The notes: a model not told the origin generated them from the sequence alone. A stretch of DNA of 64,000 nucleotides from Methanomassiliicoccales archaeon (GCA_041304605.1 JBFYNB010000001.1:9469-73468); one strand, 5' to 3'. Positions 1-8,885 are shown, counted from the stretch's first letter. Program-made: numbers and translations.

Positions 1-915
1 GGGACGTCGGCACCGGCCAAGGTGATATTGCTCGGCGAGCACGCGGTGGTGTTCGGAAAGCCGGCGGTCTCCTTGGCCATAGGTCTTCGCCTCCGCTGCC
101 AGATCAGACCGGCGGCCATCTCGTCATTGAACGGGATGCCGCTCACCCCGCAGAACTACTCATACGTCTCAGCATGTCTGGCCAAGCATGATGCACCTCC
201 GACCGCGGTGCTCACCGACTCCGACTTCCCGTCCGGGTCCGGCCTGGGATCTTCGGCCGCGGTGACCGTGGCTCTACTGGCTGCCCTGAGCGCCTCGAAG
301 GAAGATTTCAGGGAGGACATAGTGGCCAAAGAGGCTTTCGAAGTGGAGTGCGAGGTCCAAGGGCGGGCAAGCCCGATCGACACCTCGACCAGCGCCCACG
401 GGAATGGTATCCTGGTTCAGAGGGAACGCGGTGAGAACTTCCTGTGGGAGATCTCCCGGGACACCCGTCGCTGGTGCGTTCACGATCTCAAGGTACCCAA
501 AATGACCCTGGTGGTCGGCTTCACCGGAAAATCGAAACCGACCGGTCCGCTGGTGGCCAAGGTGAAAAGGTACGTGGACCACAGCACCTTCGCCCGGGAC
601 ATCGTGGACGAGATCGGGGACGTCACCATGGAAGGCGTAAGGCAGATGGCCAAGGGCGACCTGGAGGCCCTCGGAAGGAACATGACCAAGGACCACAAGC
701 TCCTGGCCATACTCGGAGTTTCGTGCCGAGAGCTCGATAAACTGGTGTCCGCAGTTCTCCCCTATTCCTACGGGGCCAAGCTCACCGGGGCCGGGGGCGG
801 CGGCAGCATGGTGGCCTTGACCGACCAGCCGGAAAAGGTCATGGAGGTCATCAGGAAGAAGGGCGGGCAGCCCTTCGCCGCCAAGACCGGGGTCCCCGGA
901 GTGAAAATAGATTAA
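1..915 (+). CDS. mvk: Mevalonate kinase (GHMP kinase), 5' end cut by the window edge
   Basis: Frame 1 is open from nt 1 (GTSAPAKVILLGEHAVVFGKPA). The track ORF is 22..915. GHMP motifs PSGSGLGSSAA and KLTGAGGGGSM are present. Stop TAA at 913-915. Confidence 0.9.
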   Translation, partial: GTSAPAKVILLGEHAVVFGKPAVSLAIGLRLRCQIRPAAISSLNGMPLTPQNYSYVSACLAKHDAPPTAVLTDSDFPSGSGLGSSAAVTVALLAALSASKEDFREDIVAKEAFEVECEVQGRASPIDTSTSAHGNGILVQRERGENFLWEISRDTRRWCVHDLKVPKMTLVVGFTGKSKPTGPLVAKVKRYVDHSTFARDIVDEIGDVTMEGVRQMAKGDLEALGRNMTKDHKLLAILGVSCRELDKLVSAVLPYSYGAKLTGAGGGGSMVALTDQPEKVMEVIRKKGGQPFAAKTGVPGVKID

Positions 916-936
916 AGGGTTTGCGGGAAAGAGGTT

Positions 937-2124
937 TCAGATGAGCTCCTCGAACTCCTTGACCAGCTCGGGGTGCTTCTCCTTGATGGCGATCAGGATG
1001 TTGTGCACCGACATCTGGTCCACGTTGGCGGTGGATAACGTGTCGATCACGCCGTCCAGGGTCTTGTCCGAAAGGGTCAGGAACTTCTCCTTGGCCATCC
1101 AGTTGCGCCACAGGCGGTTCTCCATGGCGTCGCGCCACTTCTTGTCGTAGGGCATCAAAGCCGCTTCGGAGTAATCGTTGGCCTGTGCGCAGTCGCCCAG
1201 CACCTCGCCGGCGAACTTGCCGGCCAGGAGTCCGTTGGCGATCCCGCCTCCGGTTATGGGGTCGATGATGCGCGCGGAGTCCCCTACCAGGATAAGGCCG
1301 TTCATCACCGATCGTTCGACCGGCGGCGATACGGAGACGCCTCCGGCGATGGCCTCCACAGGCTGGCCGCAGCTGAGCCGGGGGTCCTTCTTAATCCAGC
1401 TGTCCAGATACATCTTCACGTCGCCCGGCTTCTTGAGCTTGGAGGCGAGAACGCCGATACCGACGTTGGCGGTGTCGTCGCCCTTGGGGAACACCCAGAT
1501 GTATCCGCCCGGTGCGACCGATCCGATGATGAACTCGCAGTAGTCCGGCTCGGTCTTCAGGTTGACCATGCGGTACTGGTAGCAGGTGGTGATGTCGCCG
1601 GCCTTCAGGGAGGTGTCGATCCCGGCCCAGCGGGCCACCTGGGATTCGAAACCGTCCGCGGCAACGACGCATCCGGCGGTGAGGGTCATGGGCTCGCCCT
1701 CGCGCTTAGCCTTGACCCCGACGACCTTGTCGCCTTCCTTTACCACGTCAACGGCGGCGGTCTTAAGCCAGATCTCGGCGCCAGCACGAGCGGCATCAGC
1801 GGCCATGGCCTTGTCGAAAAGGTGTCTTTCCAAAACCAGTCCGACCTCGGCCCCGGCCTGGCTCTCGTCAATGCGGAAAACGTGCCCGCCCGGCGAGACC
1901 AGCTTGGCCCCGGCGATATCCGCGGAGACCCAGCGCTTGTCGACCGGCACTCCGGCCTTGGCCAGTCCCTTCTTGTTGACGCCCTCGGCGCAACGCAGCG
2001 AGGCGCCGATCTCCTGGCGCTTCTCTATCATCAGGACCCGGGCGCCCTTCTTGGCCGCGTGCTTGGCGGTCATGCTCCCGGAGGGGCCGGCCCCGACCAC
2101 GATCACGTCGTAATCGGTCTTCAT
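937..2124 (-). CDS. Geranylgeranyl (digeranylgeranylglycerophospholipid) reductase, FAD-dependent
   Basis: Track ORF 937..2181, trimmed to ATG at 2124 so the protein begins MKTDYDVIVVGAGPSGS (FAD GxGxxG motif). GGAGGG on the minus strand (2131-2136) lies just upstream. The start overlaps the ferredoxin stop (ATGA). Confidence 0.85.
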   Translation of the reverse strand: MKTDYDVIVVGAGPSGSMTAKHAAKKGARVLMIEKRQEIGASLRCAEGVNKKGLAKAGVPVDKRWVSADIAGAKLVSPGGHVFRIDESQAGAEVGLVLERHLFDKAMAADAARAGAEIWLKTAAVDVVKEGDKVVGVKAKREGEPMTLTAGCVVAADGFESQVARWAGIDTSLKAGDITTCYQYRMVNLKTEPDYCEFIIGSVAPGGYIWVFPKGDDTANVGIGVLASKLKKPGDVKMYLDSWIKKDPRLSCGQPVEAIAGGVSVSPPVERSVMNGLILVGDSARIIDPITGGGIANGLLAGKFAGEVLGDCAQANDYSEAALMPYDKKWRDAMENRLWRNWMAKEKFLTLSDKTLDGVIDTLSTANVDQMSVHNILIAIKEKHPELVKEFEELI

Positions 2125-2294
2125 TTCTTTCCCTCCATCTTCAAGGCGCCGGCAGGGCAGATGCGCACGCAGCGGCCGCACTTGTTGCAGTTATCGTTGA
2201 ACTCCAGCACAATCTCGTTGAGGTAGATGGCGTTCTGGGGGCAGGAGCCCACGCAGGCGCCGCAATGCATGCATTTCTCGATGCTCACGATCAT
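2121..2294 (-). CDS. 2x[4Fe-4S] ferredoxin, 57 aa (absent from the ORF track, below its size cutoff)
   Basis: My own translation of the minus strand gives MIVSIEKCMHCGACVGSCPQNAIYLNEIVLEFNDNCNKCGRCVRICPAGALKMEGKK. It carries two CxxCxxCxxxCP motifs. AGGAGGA lies upstream of the ATG. The stop TGA overlaps the GGR ATG. Confidence 0.8.
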   Translation of the reverse strand: MIVSIEKCMHCGACVGSCPQNAIYLNEIVLEFNDNCNKCGRCVRICPAGALKMEGKK

Positions 2295-2306
2295 TGTAGA
2301 TCCTCC

Positions 2307-3860
2307 TTAGGTGTGCTCCGTTCCCCTGGTCCGTCTCCACTCCTCGATGGGCACGGAGAACTTCTTTTCCACCTGTTCGCGGAACGTCGGTCCGCCATTG
2401 TAGGCGCAGAAGGGAATTATCCTTCCGTCCGGCACCACATAATGGATGGCGCAGCGCTTGACCCTTTCGATATCATAGTTGTACAGGTCCTGGAAGTGCA
2501 TTCCGCCGATGAACATCATCTTCCAGGAGAACTTGGACAGGGACTGCTTGGATTCGTCGCCCATGACCGAGGAGAGCATCTTCAGGAAGGACATGGTGTC
2601 CAATCCCTCCGGCATCTTGTCCTCGTGGATGTACTTCTTCAGCAGGGAGTAGGCCTTCATCTTGGACGGCAGCTTGATCCTGCACCCTTCGGCCTTCTTG
2701 GAGAGCTCATAGAGCTCCTTGAACAGCGGCTCGACGTCCACGAAGTGGGTCAGCGGTATCACATGGTCCTTGTCCTGTACGAAGAGATAGGTGGCCAGTC
2801 CGCAGTGAGGGTGGGTTGTGAAGGCCACCTTGGGCTCGCCTAGTATGGCCGTGGCCAGGGTGGATATCGGCACCACGCTGGGCACCGGGAACCAATCCTC
2901 CTTCTTGATCTGTCCGTTGGTCTGGGCCTCCAGGTCCATGGCCAGGTCGGTAAGGGTGTACCGCTGCTTGGCCAGATCGTCCTTGTTTATCCTTCCGGTG
3001 AAGGCCACCGGCTGGAAGTTCATGCCCCGGATGACATCCGAGTTCTCCAGGGCGAAGCGGAACATGGGGGCGATCTGGTCCTCGTTCAGTCCCTTCACGA
3101 TGACGGGCACCAGGACGATCGACGGACGCATCGCCAGCTTCCGGACGTTCTCCACCACCTTCATCTTCACCTCTAGCATCTTCCGGGCCCTGGTCACCAT
3201 GTATATGTCGTCGTTCATCCCGTCGAACTGCAGGTAGATGGTGTTCAGACCGGCCTCGGCCGCGGCCTTGAGGAATTCGAAATCATTGGCGAACATCAGG
3301 CCGTTAGTGGCGACCTGGATCTGGGCGAAGCCCATCTCCTTGGCCTTCTTGATGACGTCGATGAACTGCGGGTATATCGTCGGTTCGCCGCCCGCGAACT
3401 GTATGGCTGGGCAGGCGACCGGTTTGCTGTCCCTCAGCACCTTCATCATCTTCACGACCTCATCGAAGCTTGGCTCGTAAACATAGCCAGCCTGATTGGC
3501 GTTGGCGAAGCAGATCGGGCACTTCATGTTGCATCGGTTGGTCAGGTCCAGATTGGCCAACGATGTGTGGCTAAGGTGAAGGTTGCAGAGCCCGCAATCG
3601 TCGGGGCAGACCTTGGCGTTCGTGATGAACGGGTTCTCGACCCCTACGCCGTCGAAGGCGAACTGCTCGGACCTGAGGTAAAGCTCCACGTCCGACCAGA
3701 CTATGTCACTGAAATGCCCGTGCTCCGGGCATTCCTTCTCCATGACCACCTTGCCATCCTTCTCCAATATCTTGGCGGTGATGATCTTCCGGCACTCGGG
3801 ACAGAGGGACTGCGTCTCCTTAGGTAATCCTCTGGGTAATGTACTTTCTTTGGCAATCAC
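2307..3860 (-). CDS. tes: Radical SAM enzyme, probable tetraether lipid synthase (Tes / GDGT-MAS family)
   Basis: Track ORF 2307..3989. The start is trimmed to GTG 3860 because the upstream 43 codons run into the AT-rich divergent promoter and the trmB-like gene. Motifs: radical SAM NRCNMKCPICF, rubredoxin-like knuckles CPECRK...CPEHGH, and an auxiliary CPDDCGLC. The family call rests on synteny with the ferredoxin and GGR. The radical SAM call is confident (0.9). The Tes assignment is 0.6. Confidence 0.6.
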   Translation of the reverse strand: MIAKESTLPRGLPKETQSLCPECRKIITAKILEKDGKVVMEKECPEHGHFSDIVWSDVELYLRSEQFAFDGVGVENPFITNAKVCPDDCGLCNLHLSHTSLANLDLTNRCNMKCPICFANANQAGYVYEPSFDEVVKMMKVLRDSKPVACPAIQFAGGEPTIYPQFIDVIKKAKEMGFAQIQVATNGLMFANDFEFLKAAAEAGLNTIYLQFDGMNDDIYMVTRARKMLEVKMKVVENVRKLAMRPSIVLVPVIVKGLNEDQIAPMFRFALENSDVIRGMNFQPVAFTGRINKDDLAKQRYTLTDLAMDLEAQTNGQIKKEDWFPVPSVVPISTLATAILGEPKVAFTTHPHCGLATYLFVQDKDHVIPLTHFVDVEPLFKELYELSKKAEGCRIKLPSKMKAYSLLKKYIHEDKMPEGLDTMSFLKMLSSVMGDESKQSLSKFSWKMMFIGGMHFQDLYNYDIERVKRCAIHYVVPDGRIIPFCAYNGGPTFREQVEKKFSVPIEEWRRTRGTEHT

Positions 3861-3890
3861 TATTGCACCCCGGGCTGATACTTCCGCACG

Positions 3891-3933
3891 ATAATATAAT
3901 ATTATTGTAGCTAGATTAGCTACATGTTGAGCT
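3891..3933. promoter_or_regulatory. Bidirectional AT-rich promoter block (ATAATATAATATTATT, 3891-3906) plus a perfect 17-bp palindrome GTAGCTA-GAT-TAGCTAC (3907-3923) and a third GAGCTA copy (3929-3934)
   Basis: Read directly from the sequence. It lies between the divergent radical-SAM operon (start 3860) and the trmB-like gene (start 3934). The sequence is certain; the function is inferred. Confidence 0.5.
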
Positions 3934-4671
3934 ATGAACATAATTGACGTTCTCAGACTGGATATAGGGGATGTAGAGAAGGAATTCACTCAGATAGCTT
4001 CCGTCCTTGGGAATTTGGGGCTTTCAAATTATGAAGCGAGGTCCTACGTGGCCCTTGTACTTAGGACGCACGGAACGGCCGAGGAGGTCGCCGAGCTGTC
4101 CATGATCCCCCGTACCTCGGCCTACAAATCACTTCAATCCTTGGTGACCAAAGGATTCGCTCAGGAGACGGACGGCCGCCCCGCGATCTACTATCCTCTG
4201 GACATAGAGGAACTGCGCGAGAGGACCATGAACGAGATGAACGGAATGTTCGCCAAGCTGAGCTCGATCAAGGGGCTTCTCTCGGAAAAAGGGACGCCAG
4301 AGCTGGTGTACACCATCTATGGGCGAAAGAAGGTGCTGACGAAGATAGGTGAGATGCTCGATACCGCCCGGACGACATTCATGATATCCTCGCCCAAGAT
4401 GCAGGACATCCGCTCCGAGCTATCCGATCGCTTCAAGGAGGCCCAGGCCAGAGGGGTGAAGATCATCATAATAACCGAACCGGCGGTCAAGGTCCCCTCG
4501 GCCGACGAGGTGTTCCGCAGGAAGGGTCTGATCGCCACGGACGTGATAGTGGACGGAACGTTGGCCATGATAGCCAGCGAGGACATGGACCTGTGCGGTT
4601 TCTCCGACAATCCGCTCATAGCGGCGCATCTTGAGAACTTTCTGCATATGGTGAAAGGCTCCAAAGCGTAA
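3934..4671 (+). CDS. TrmB-family transcriptional regulator (winged helix plus C-terminal effector-like domain)
   Basis: Track ORF, 245 aa. The N-terminal wHTH LGLSNYEARSYVALVLRTHGTAEEVAELSMIPRTSAYKSLQSLVTKGF is typical of TrmB-like proteins. Confidence 0.75.
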   Translation: MNIIDVLRLDIGDVEKEFTQIASVLGNLGLSNYEARSYVALVLRTHGTAEEVAELSMIPRTSAYKSLQSLVTKGFAQETDGRPAIYYPLDIEELRERTMNEMNGMFAKLSSIKGLLSEKGTPELVYTIYGRKKVLTKIGEMLDTARTTFMISSPKMQDIRSELSDRFKEAQARGVKIIIITEPAVKVPSADEVFRRKGLIATDVIVDGTLAMIASEDMDLCGFSDNPLIAAHLENFLHMVKGSKA

Positions 4672-4721
4672 CCTGATTGTAGCTCACCCCCTTTTTATGC
4701 CGCAGGTGATGGTCAGGGGGG
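4672..4721 (+). promoter_or_regulatory. Upstream region of the giant gene: ATTGTAGCT word (4676-4684), identical to 3904-3912, plus TATA-like CTTTTTATG (4690-4698)
   Basis: Direct sequence comparison. The 9-mer is the left arm of the palindrome at the trmB-like promoter. Confidence 0.4.
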
Positions 4722-7700
4722 ATGACCGAAAGAGGCTCGACGCGTGCATTGTCCCGGGACCGCCGGGCGCAGATGCCCTTCTCCCTGATCGCCATAGTTC
4801 TTATCATCGTTTCCAGCCTTTCCGCGGCCTTGATATCCGACCTACGCGACGGGTCTCATGAGGTTAGTCTGACAAGGGAGGAGATCGAGCTCATGGACGA
4901 GGCATCCTCGGAGGCCCAGAGGCAGGTTCAGGGGATGGCCTGGCAGTCATTATTGGCGGCGTGCACCGGTGATTCGCTGAACGAGAGCGCGATCTCCTCG
5001 CGGTTCCAACGCGAACTAGGGCCCATGGTAGCATCCATAAACCCGAGATCCCGGTCCGGCATGGATGTGGAGGTGAACGTTAGCGAAGTTCGACTCTCTT
5101 TCCTGCGCCTTCCCCTGGACCAGGATGTCGCCGGGGGAGAATTCACGGACAAATACGTTCCAGCCTACGTCGGCCTGGCCGGTTCCATTGCCATCAAAAT
5201 ATCCTCCGCCAACGGCAATCTCAGCCGGGATTATCCCGTCGAGGACCAGGGCAAGGTTCCCTGGCCTCTTCTGAACGATCGGATGAATGATTTCGAGGGG
5301 TCGGTCTCTGACGGCCTGGGTGACCTCAGTACCATGGTAAGCTATCTGCTGGAGTCGCTGGCGGCCTACCGCACCGTACAAGGTTGGGGCAGCGGCATTC
5401 TCGGGCAGGAAGGATTGGCCGAAACTGTGGCCAACAGGGACCTCACGAACGCCATCGACCTCGGCCTGATCGTTCTCCAGATGAAGCATTTCCGCCACGC
5501 CACCCCTTGCTACGGCATGAACACGGACGTATTGGACGGTGAGGGTTGCTGGCAGTTCGTCGAGGAGAATCTCAGGGGAGGCGGGACCGTCGATCCGGCG
5601 GACATCTTCCTCGGGCTTTACGGCTATGACCAACTGGATTGGCGCCTGGTGTTCTCCCAGGCCTTGAACTCGGCCATAGAGCGCCTTTCATTGAGATGGA
5701 TGGAGTGCGTCGGCCTGATAAAGCTGTTCGAGATCGCGGAGAAGGCCGGCGAGGAAGTATTCTCTTTCGCCAACGACCTGATTGATCGCACTTTCGACGT
5801 GGACCTGGCAGAGGAACATTTCAAGGATTGGCTGGAGGAGACGTTCGAAGAGGCCGGCGTTCCCGATGTATTATACAGATATCTAGGGGCGGGCGTTCCG
5901 GACGGGTCGATATTTGTTGATGAGGCGGTCATCAACCTGATCGACGCTGATGGGGAATCAACCCCGATATCCGTGGGAGGCCTGGTGGTTCTTGATATCC
6001 CCTTGACCGATGTCCTGGCCTGGGATGGTTGGGGTGATTTCCACGAACAGTACAAGAAGGGCACCCTGGAGATACTGAATGGTATCAGAAGAGAGATCGC
6101 CGTGGTGGCTGAGCAGGTCTCCATGAGCATGTTCCTCCCTCCTGGAGAACTGTCGCTGGACCCTCATGACGGGTTCTCCTTCCTGGAGGAAATGAAGGAT
6201 TCGTTGAACACGGCCCTCGATCAGAAGGACACCTGGATGAGGGCGGCCGTGAGCTCCGCGGGATCCGCCGTGGTGACCGCCGACCCTCTGGCCGAGGCCA
6301 CCAAGGCCGAGTTCCTGGAGAACCGGGAAGCCATCCTGCTCAGGCAGCAGGCGTTGAGTTCCATGGTCTCCAGCACGGCGGAGCAACTTCTGTCGGAAGC
6401 CCTCTCGAGATGCGATAACACGGACATTCCCTGGGACGAAAACCTGAAGGTGCTGGAAGGTCGCATTGTGGGGGATGCCGCCTGGAACGCCAACGAAATG
6501 ATAGAATGGACCTTCGACGAGCACGCTCGGTTCCTCGAGGAACACTTCATGGCCGGACTCAGCGATGGATCATCCTCCGGTACGGTATCGTCCTGGATGG
6601 CCGATGTGATCGCCCGGACCGGCGATCCATACGCAGGCATCTCGGCGGTGCTCAGCGACGATGTCTCCCAAATGTTGTCCGAGATGTCCAACGGCATGCG
6701 CATGCGGGGGGATCGGATGGAGGTAACGCTTCCCGCAACGCCGTACTTTTCCCTCCTAGGTCCAGACGGCCGGGTGCACTCGGAATCCCTGCGGGTGGAG
6801 ACGATATATCCCAACGGGAGCCCTTCGGGTTCCTGGCTCTCATCGTCCATCCTGGACCCCAGTGAGCATCGCGGCTCTCCGGAGTCCGGCGTACAGGTCC
6901 ACGACACTGACGTTCTCGACGCCAAGGCGGCGTCCTATCAATCGGTCTGGAAGGTGGACTTCTCCGGCGAGATATCGATATCGTTGTCACCCGGCGGAGA
7001 GGTCGGCCAGGTGCTCCCACTGCGGCTGGAAAGGCAACTGGGGTTCGAATCCGAACTTGCTGTGGCGGCGCTTACCGGTCACGCTCTGATGGGAGTGAGC
7101 TACGTCAATGTGAACACGTTCGGCCAACAGCTGTCGGAGATCATCGATTCGCTGCTCCGTCCGCTCCAGGAGGGAATGGGAACGCTCACCTCCTATCTGC
7201 GGTCGTTCTACCGGCTCCTACGGGGAGCGATCACCGACCTGGTCGAGATGGGCAGGGATGTCCTGGACACGCTCTCCGCGATGCTCGGGACCATGATCGA
7301 GGAACTACAGGACTTCATCCGCTCGGCCATGGGTTTCGTGGAGTCCAAGGTGGCCAAGCTGTTGCTGGACATCCTGGGCGAGAGATGCGTCACGCTGAGC
7401 TTCCTTGGTGTGGACATGAAGGTGAATTTGAGGCCCAAGGACCTGGACTACCGGGAGGTCGGGGTACCAGCTTCCATCTCCCTTACCTTCAAGACGGAAG
7501 ATTGCCGCATCGACGTGACCACCAGGTTGATCAAGGGCCAAGGAAACCTCAGCCTTCTCACGAACGCCTCCCTGCGGGGCAAGGATTGGGTCGTCTCCGT
7601 GGTGGTCGACCCCTTCATGGACGTGTTCCGGCACATGGTAGAGGTCCGGGGATTGGTGGACGGGGCCTGCGTGGAACTGGTCATGCCCGAGGTGGTTAGC

Positions 7701-8885
7701 TACAGAAAGGTCACGTTCTCCCTGGCCGACATACCGGGGGTGGGGGCGTTGCTGTCCAACATCCCGCTCCCCATACCCGGCCTGAAAGGGGCCGTGAACG
7801 CCGGGGTCTACATCAAGGTTCTGGAGGGCAGGACCGATCAGGTGGTCATAAACGAGTACGAGCTGAATCCCGCGGGCGAGGACGCCGGCAGGGAGTGGGT
7901 GGAGCTTTACAATCCCACCACGGAGGCGGTCGACCTGACCGGGTGGACCATCGAGACCCGGCACGGGGTCCAGGGCCTGGGATCGCTGGGCGGGGTCCTG
8001 CTGCCCCGAACGCGGATGGTGTATCAGTTCTCGGGACAGGCCCTGGACAACATCGGGGAAGGTTTCCCGTTCGAGGAAAGCCTGGTCCTCCGGGACGAGC
8101 GCGGCCGGAGGGTGGACAGCGCCCCTTTCTCCACCGACTGCTGGAACGACGACCGGACCTGGCAGAGGGCCAAGGACGCGGCCGACCGCTGGGAGTTCAA
8201 GAGCGGTTCTAGAGGATCTTCCAACGGGAGGGATATCTTCTCCATCCTGGACCTCGACACCGTCGAGCAGGTGTACTTCGCCGCGGTCACCGAGTCGCTT
8301 TACCAGCTTTCCTCTGGGGACCTGAGCATGGAAGCCCTGGCGGTAACTATGGAAACCGCAATGCTGCGGATGCTGGAAAGGCTCGCCTCCAGCATACTCG
8401 ACAAGGAGGTGGCGGCCGGGCTGTTCGTGGAGGTGGCGGTGACCGAGGCGTCGTCGACCGCGAAGTCAGGGATGCGGATGGAGGTCATCTGGCGCTGCGG
8501 AACCCTGCGGGACGCGCTGCATGAACTGGCCAGTTCGGCCAGGCCGCTGACGCTATCCCTGGGCAACCCCTTCCAGGCCTATCTGGACGGACTGCCCTCC
8601 GCCAGCGGCATCTGGCTGGCCATGTCCGCTTTCGGCGCGGTCGGCGTTCCCAATATGATCCGCGCCCCCGGTTACAGCACGGAGGTAAGATACCAGGCCT
8701 CGGTGGCGGTGGATCTCGGCGTTCTAGCCACGGTCTTCGGCCTCAGGACCTCCGGATGGTCCATGGAGGCGGGGGTCAAGATAACCGGGGTGCCGGCGAC
8801 AGCCGTCCCAATGTTCAAGGCTCCTTACGGAACGACGATGGACATTTGGCTGTGCAAAGTGACCGTTCAGGGGGTATCAGCTTGA
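4722..8885 (+). CDS. Very large (1387 aa) membrane-anchored acidic protein with an internal lamin-tail domain; function unknown
   Basis: Uninterrupted track ORF with native-like GC3 bias. The N-terminus has a basic stretch and one hydrophobic helix (PFSLIAIVLIIVSSLSAALI). I recognise no enzymatic motif. An LTD signature lies near aa 1043-1160. Confidence 0.85.
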   Translation: MTERGSTRALSRDRRAQMPFSLIAIVLIIVSSLSAALISDLRDGSHEVSLTREEIELMDEASSEAQRQVQGMAWQSLLAACTGDSLNESAISSRFQRELGPMVASINPRSRSGMDVEVNVSEVRLSFLRLPLDQDVAGGEFTDKYVPAYVGLAGSIAIKISSANGNLSRDYPVEDQGKVPWPLLNDRMNDFEGSVSDGLGDLSTMVSYLLESLAAYRTVQGWGSGILGQEGLAETVANRDLTNAIDLGLIVLQMKHFRHATPCYGMNTDVLDGEGCWQFVEENLRGGGTVDPADIFLGLYGYDQLDWRLVFSQALNSAIERLSLRWMECVGLIKLFEIAEKAGEEVFSFANDLIDRTFDVDLAEEHFKDWLEETFEEAGVPDVLYRYLGAGVPDGSIFVDEAVINLIDADGESTPISVGGLVVLDIPLTDVLAWDGWGDFHEQYKKGTLEILNGIRREIAVVAEQVSMSMFLPPGELSLDPHDGFSFLEEMKDSLNTALDQKDTWMRAAVSSAGSAVVTADPLAEATKAEFLENREAILLRQQALSSMVSSTAEQLLSEALSRCDNTDIPWDENLKVLEGRIVGDAAWNANEMIEWTFDEHARFLEEHFMAGLSDGSSSGTVSSWMADVIARTGDPYAGISAVLSDDVSQMLSEMSNGMRMRGDRMEVTLPATPYFSLLGPDGRVHSESLRVETIYPNGSPSGSWLSSSILDPSEHRGSPESGVQVHDTDVLDAKAASYQSVWKVDFSGEISISLSPGGEVGQVLPLRLERQLGFESELAVAALTGHALMGVSYVNVNTFGQQLSEIIDSLLRPLQEGMGTLTSYLRSFYRLLRGAITDLVEMGRDVLDTLSAMLGTMIEELQDFIRSAMGFVESKVAKLLLDILGERCVTLSFLGVDMKVNLRPKDLDYREVGVPASISLTFKTEDCRIDVTTRLIKGQGNLSLLTNASLRGKDWVVSVVVDPFMDVFRHMVEVRGLVDGACVELVMPEVVSYRKVTFSLADIPGVGALLSNIPLPIPGLKGAVNAGVYIKVLEGRTDQVVINEYELNPAGEDAGREWVELYNPTTEAVDLTGWTIETRHGVQGLGSLGGVLLPRTRMVYQFSGQALDNIGEGFPFEESLVLRDERGRRVDSAPFSTDCWNDDRTWQRAKDAADRWEFKSGSRGSSNGRDIFSILDLDTVEQVYFAAVTESLYQLSSGDLSMEALAVTMETAMLRMLERLASSILDKEVAAGLFVEVAVTEASSTAKSGMRMEVIWRCGTLRDALHELASSARPLTLSLGNPFQAYLDGLPSASGIWLAMSAFGAVGVPNMIRAPGYSTEVRYQASVAVDLGVLATVFGLRTSGWSMEAGVKITGVPATAVPMFKAPYGTTMDIWLCKVTVQGVSA
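7842..8200 (+). other. Lamin-tail domain (LTD) segment inside the giant protein
   Basis: VVINEYELNPAGEDAGREWVELYNPTTEAVDLTGWTIETRHG...LVLRDERGRRVDSAPF matches the NE..NP.G.D...EW.ELYN......L.GW pattern of LTDs. Confidence 0.7.

Noticed and set aside
4722-4850. Archaeal class III (type IV pilin-like) signal peptide at the N-terminus of the giant protein
   Set aside because: RRAQ/MPFSL has the charged residue plus Ala plus Gln arrangement, but Pro at +3 breaks the hydrophobic consensus after the cleavage site. No pilus ATPase, membrane platform or prepilin peptidase genes are nearby.
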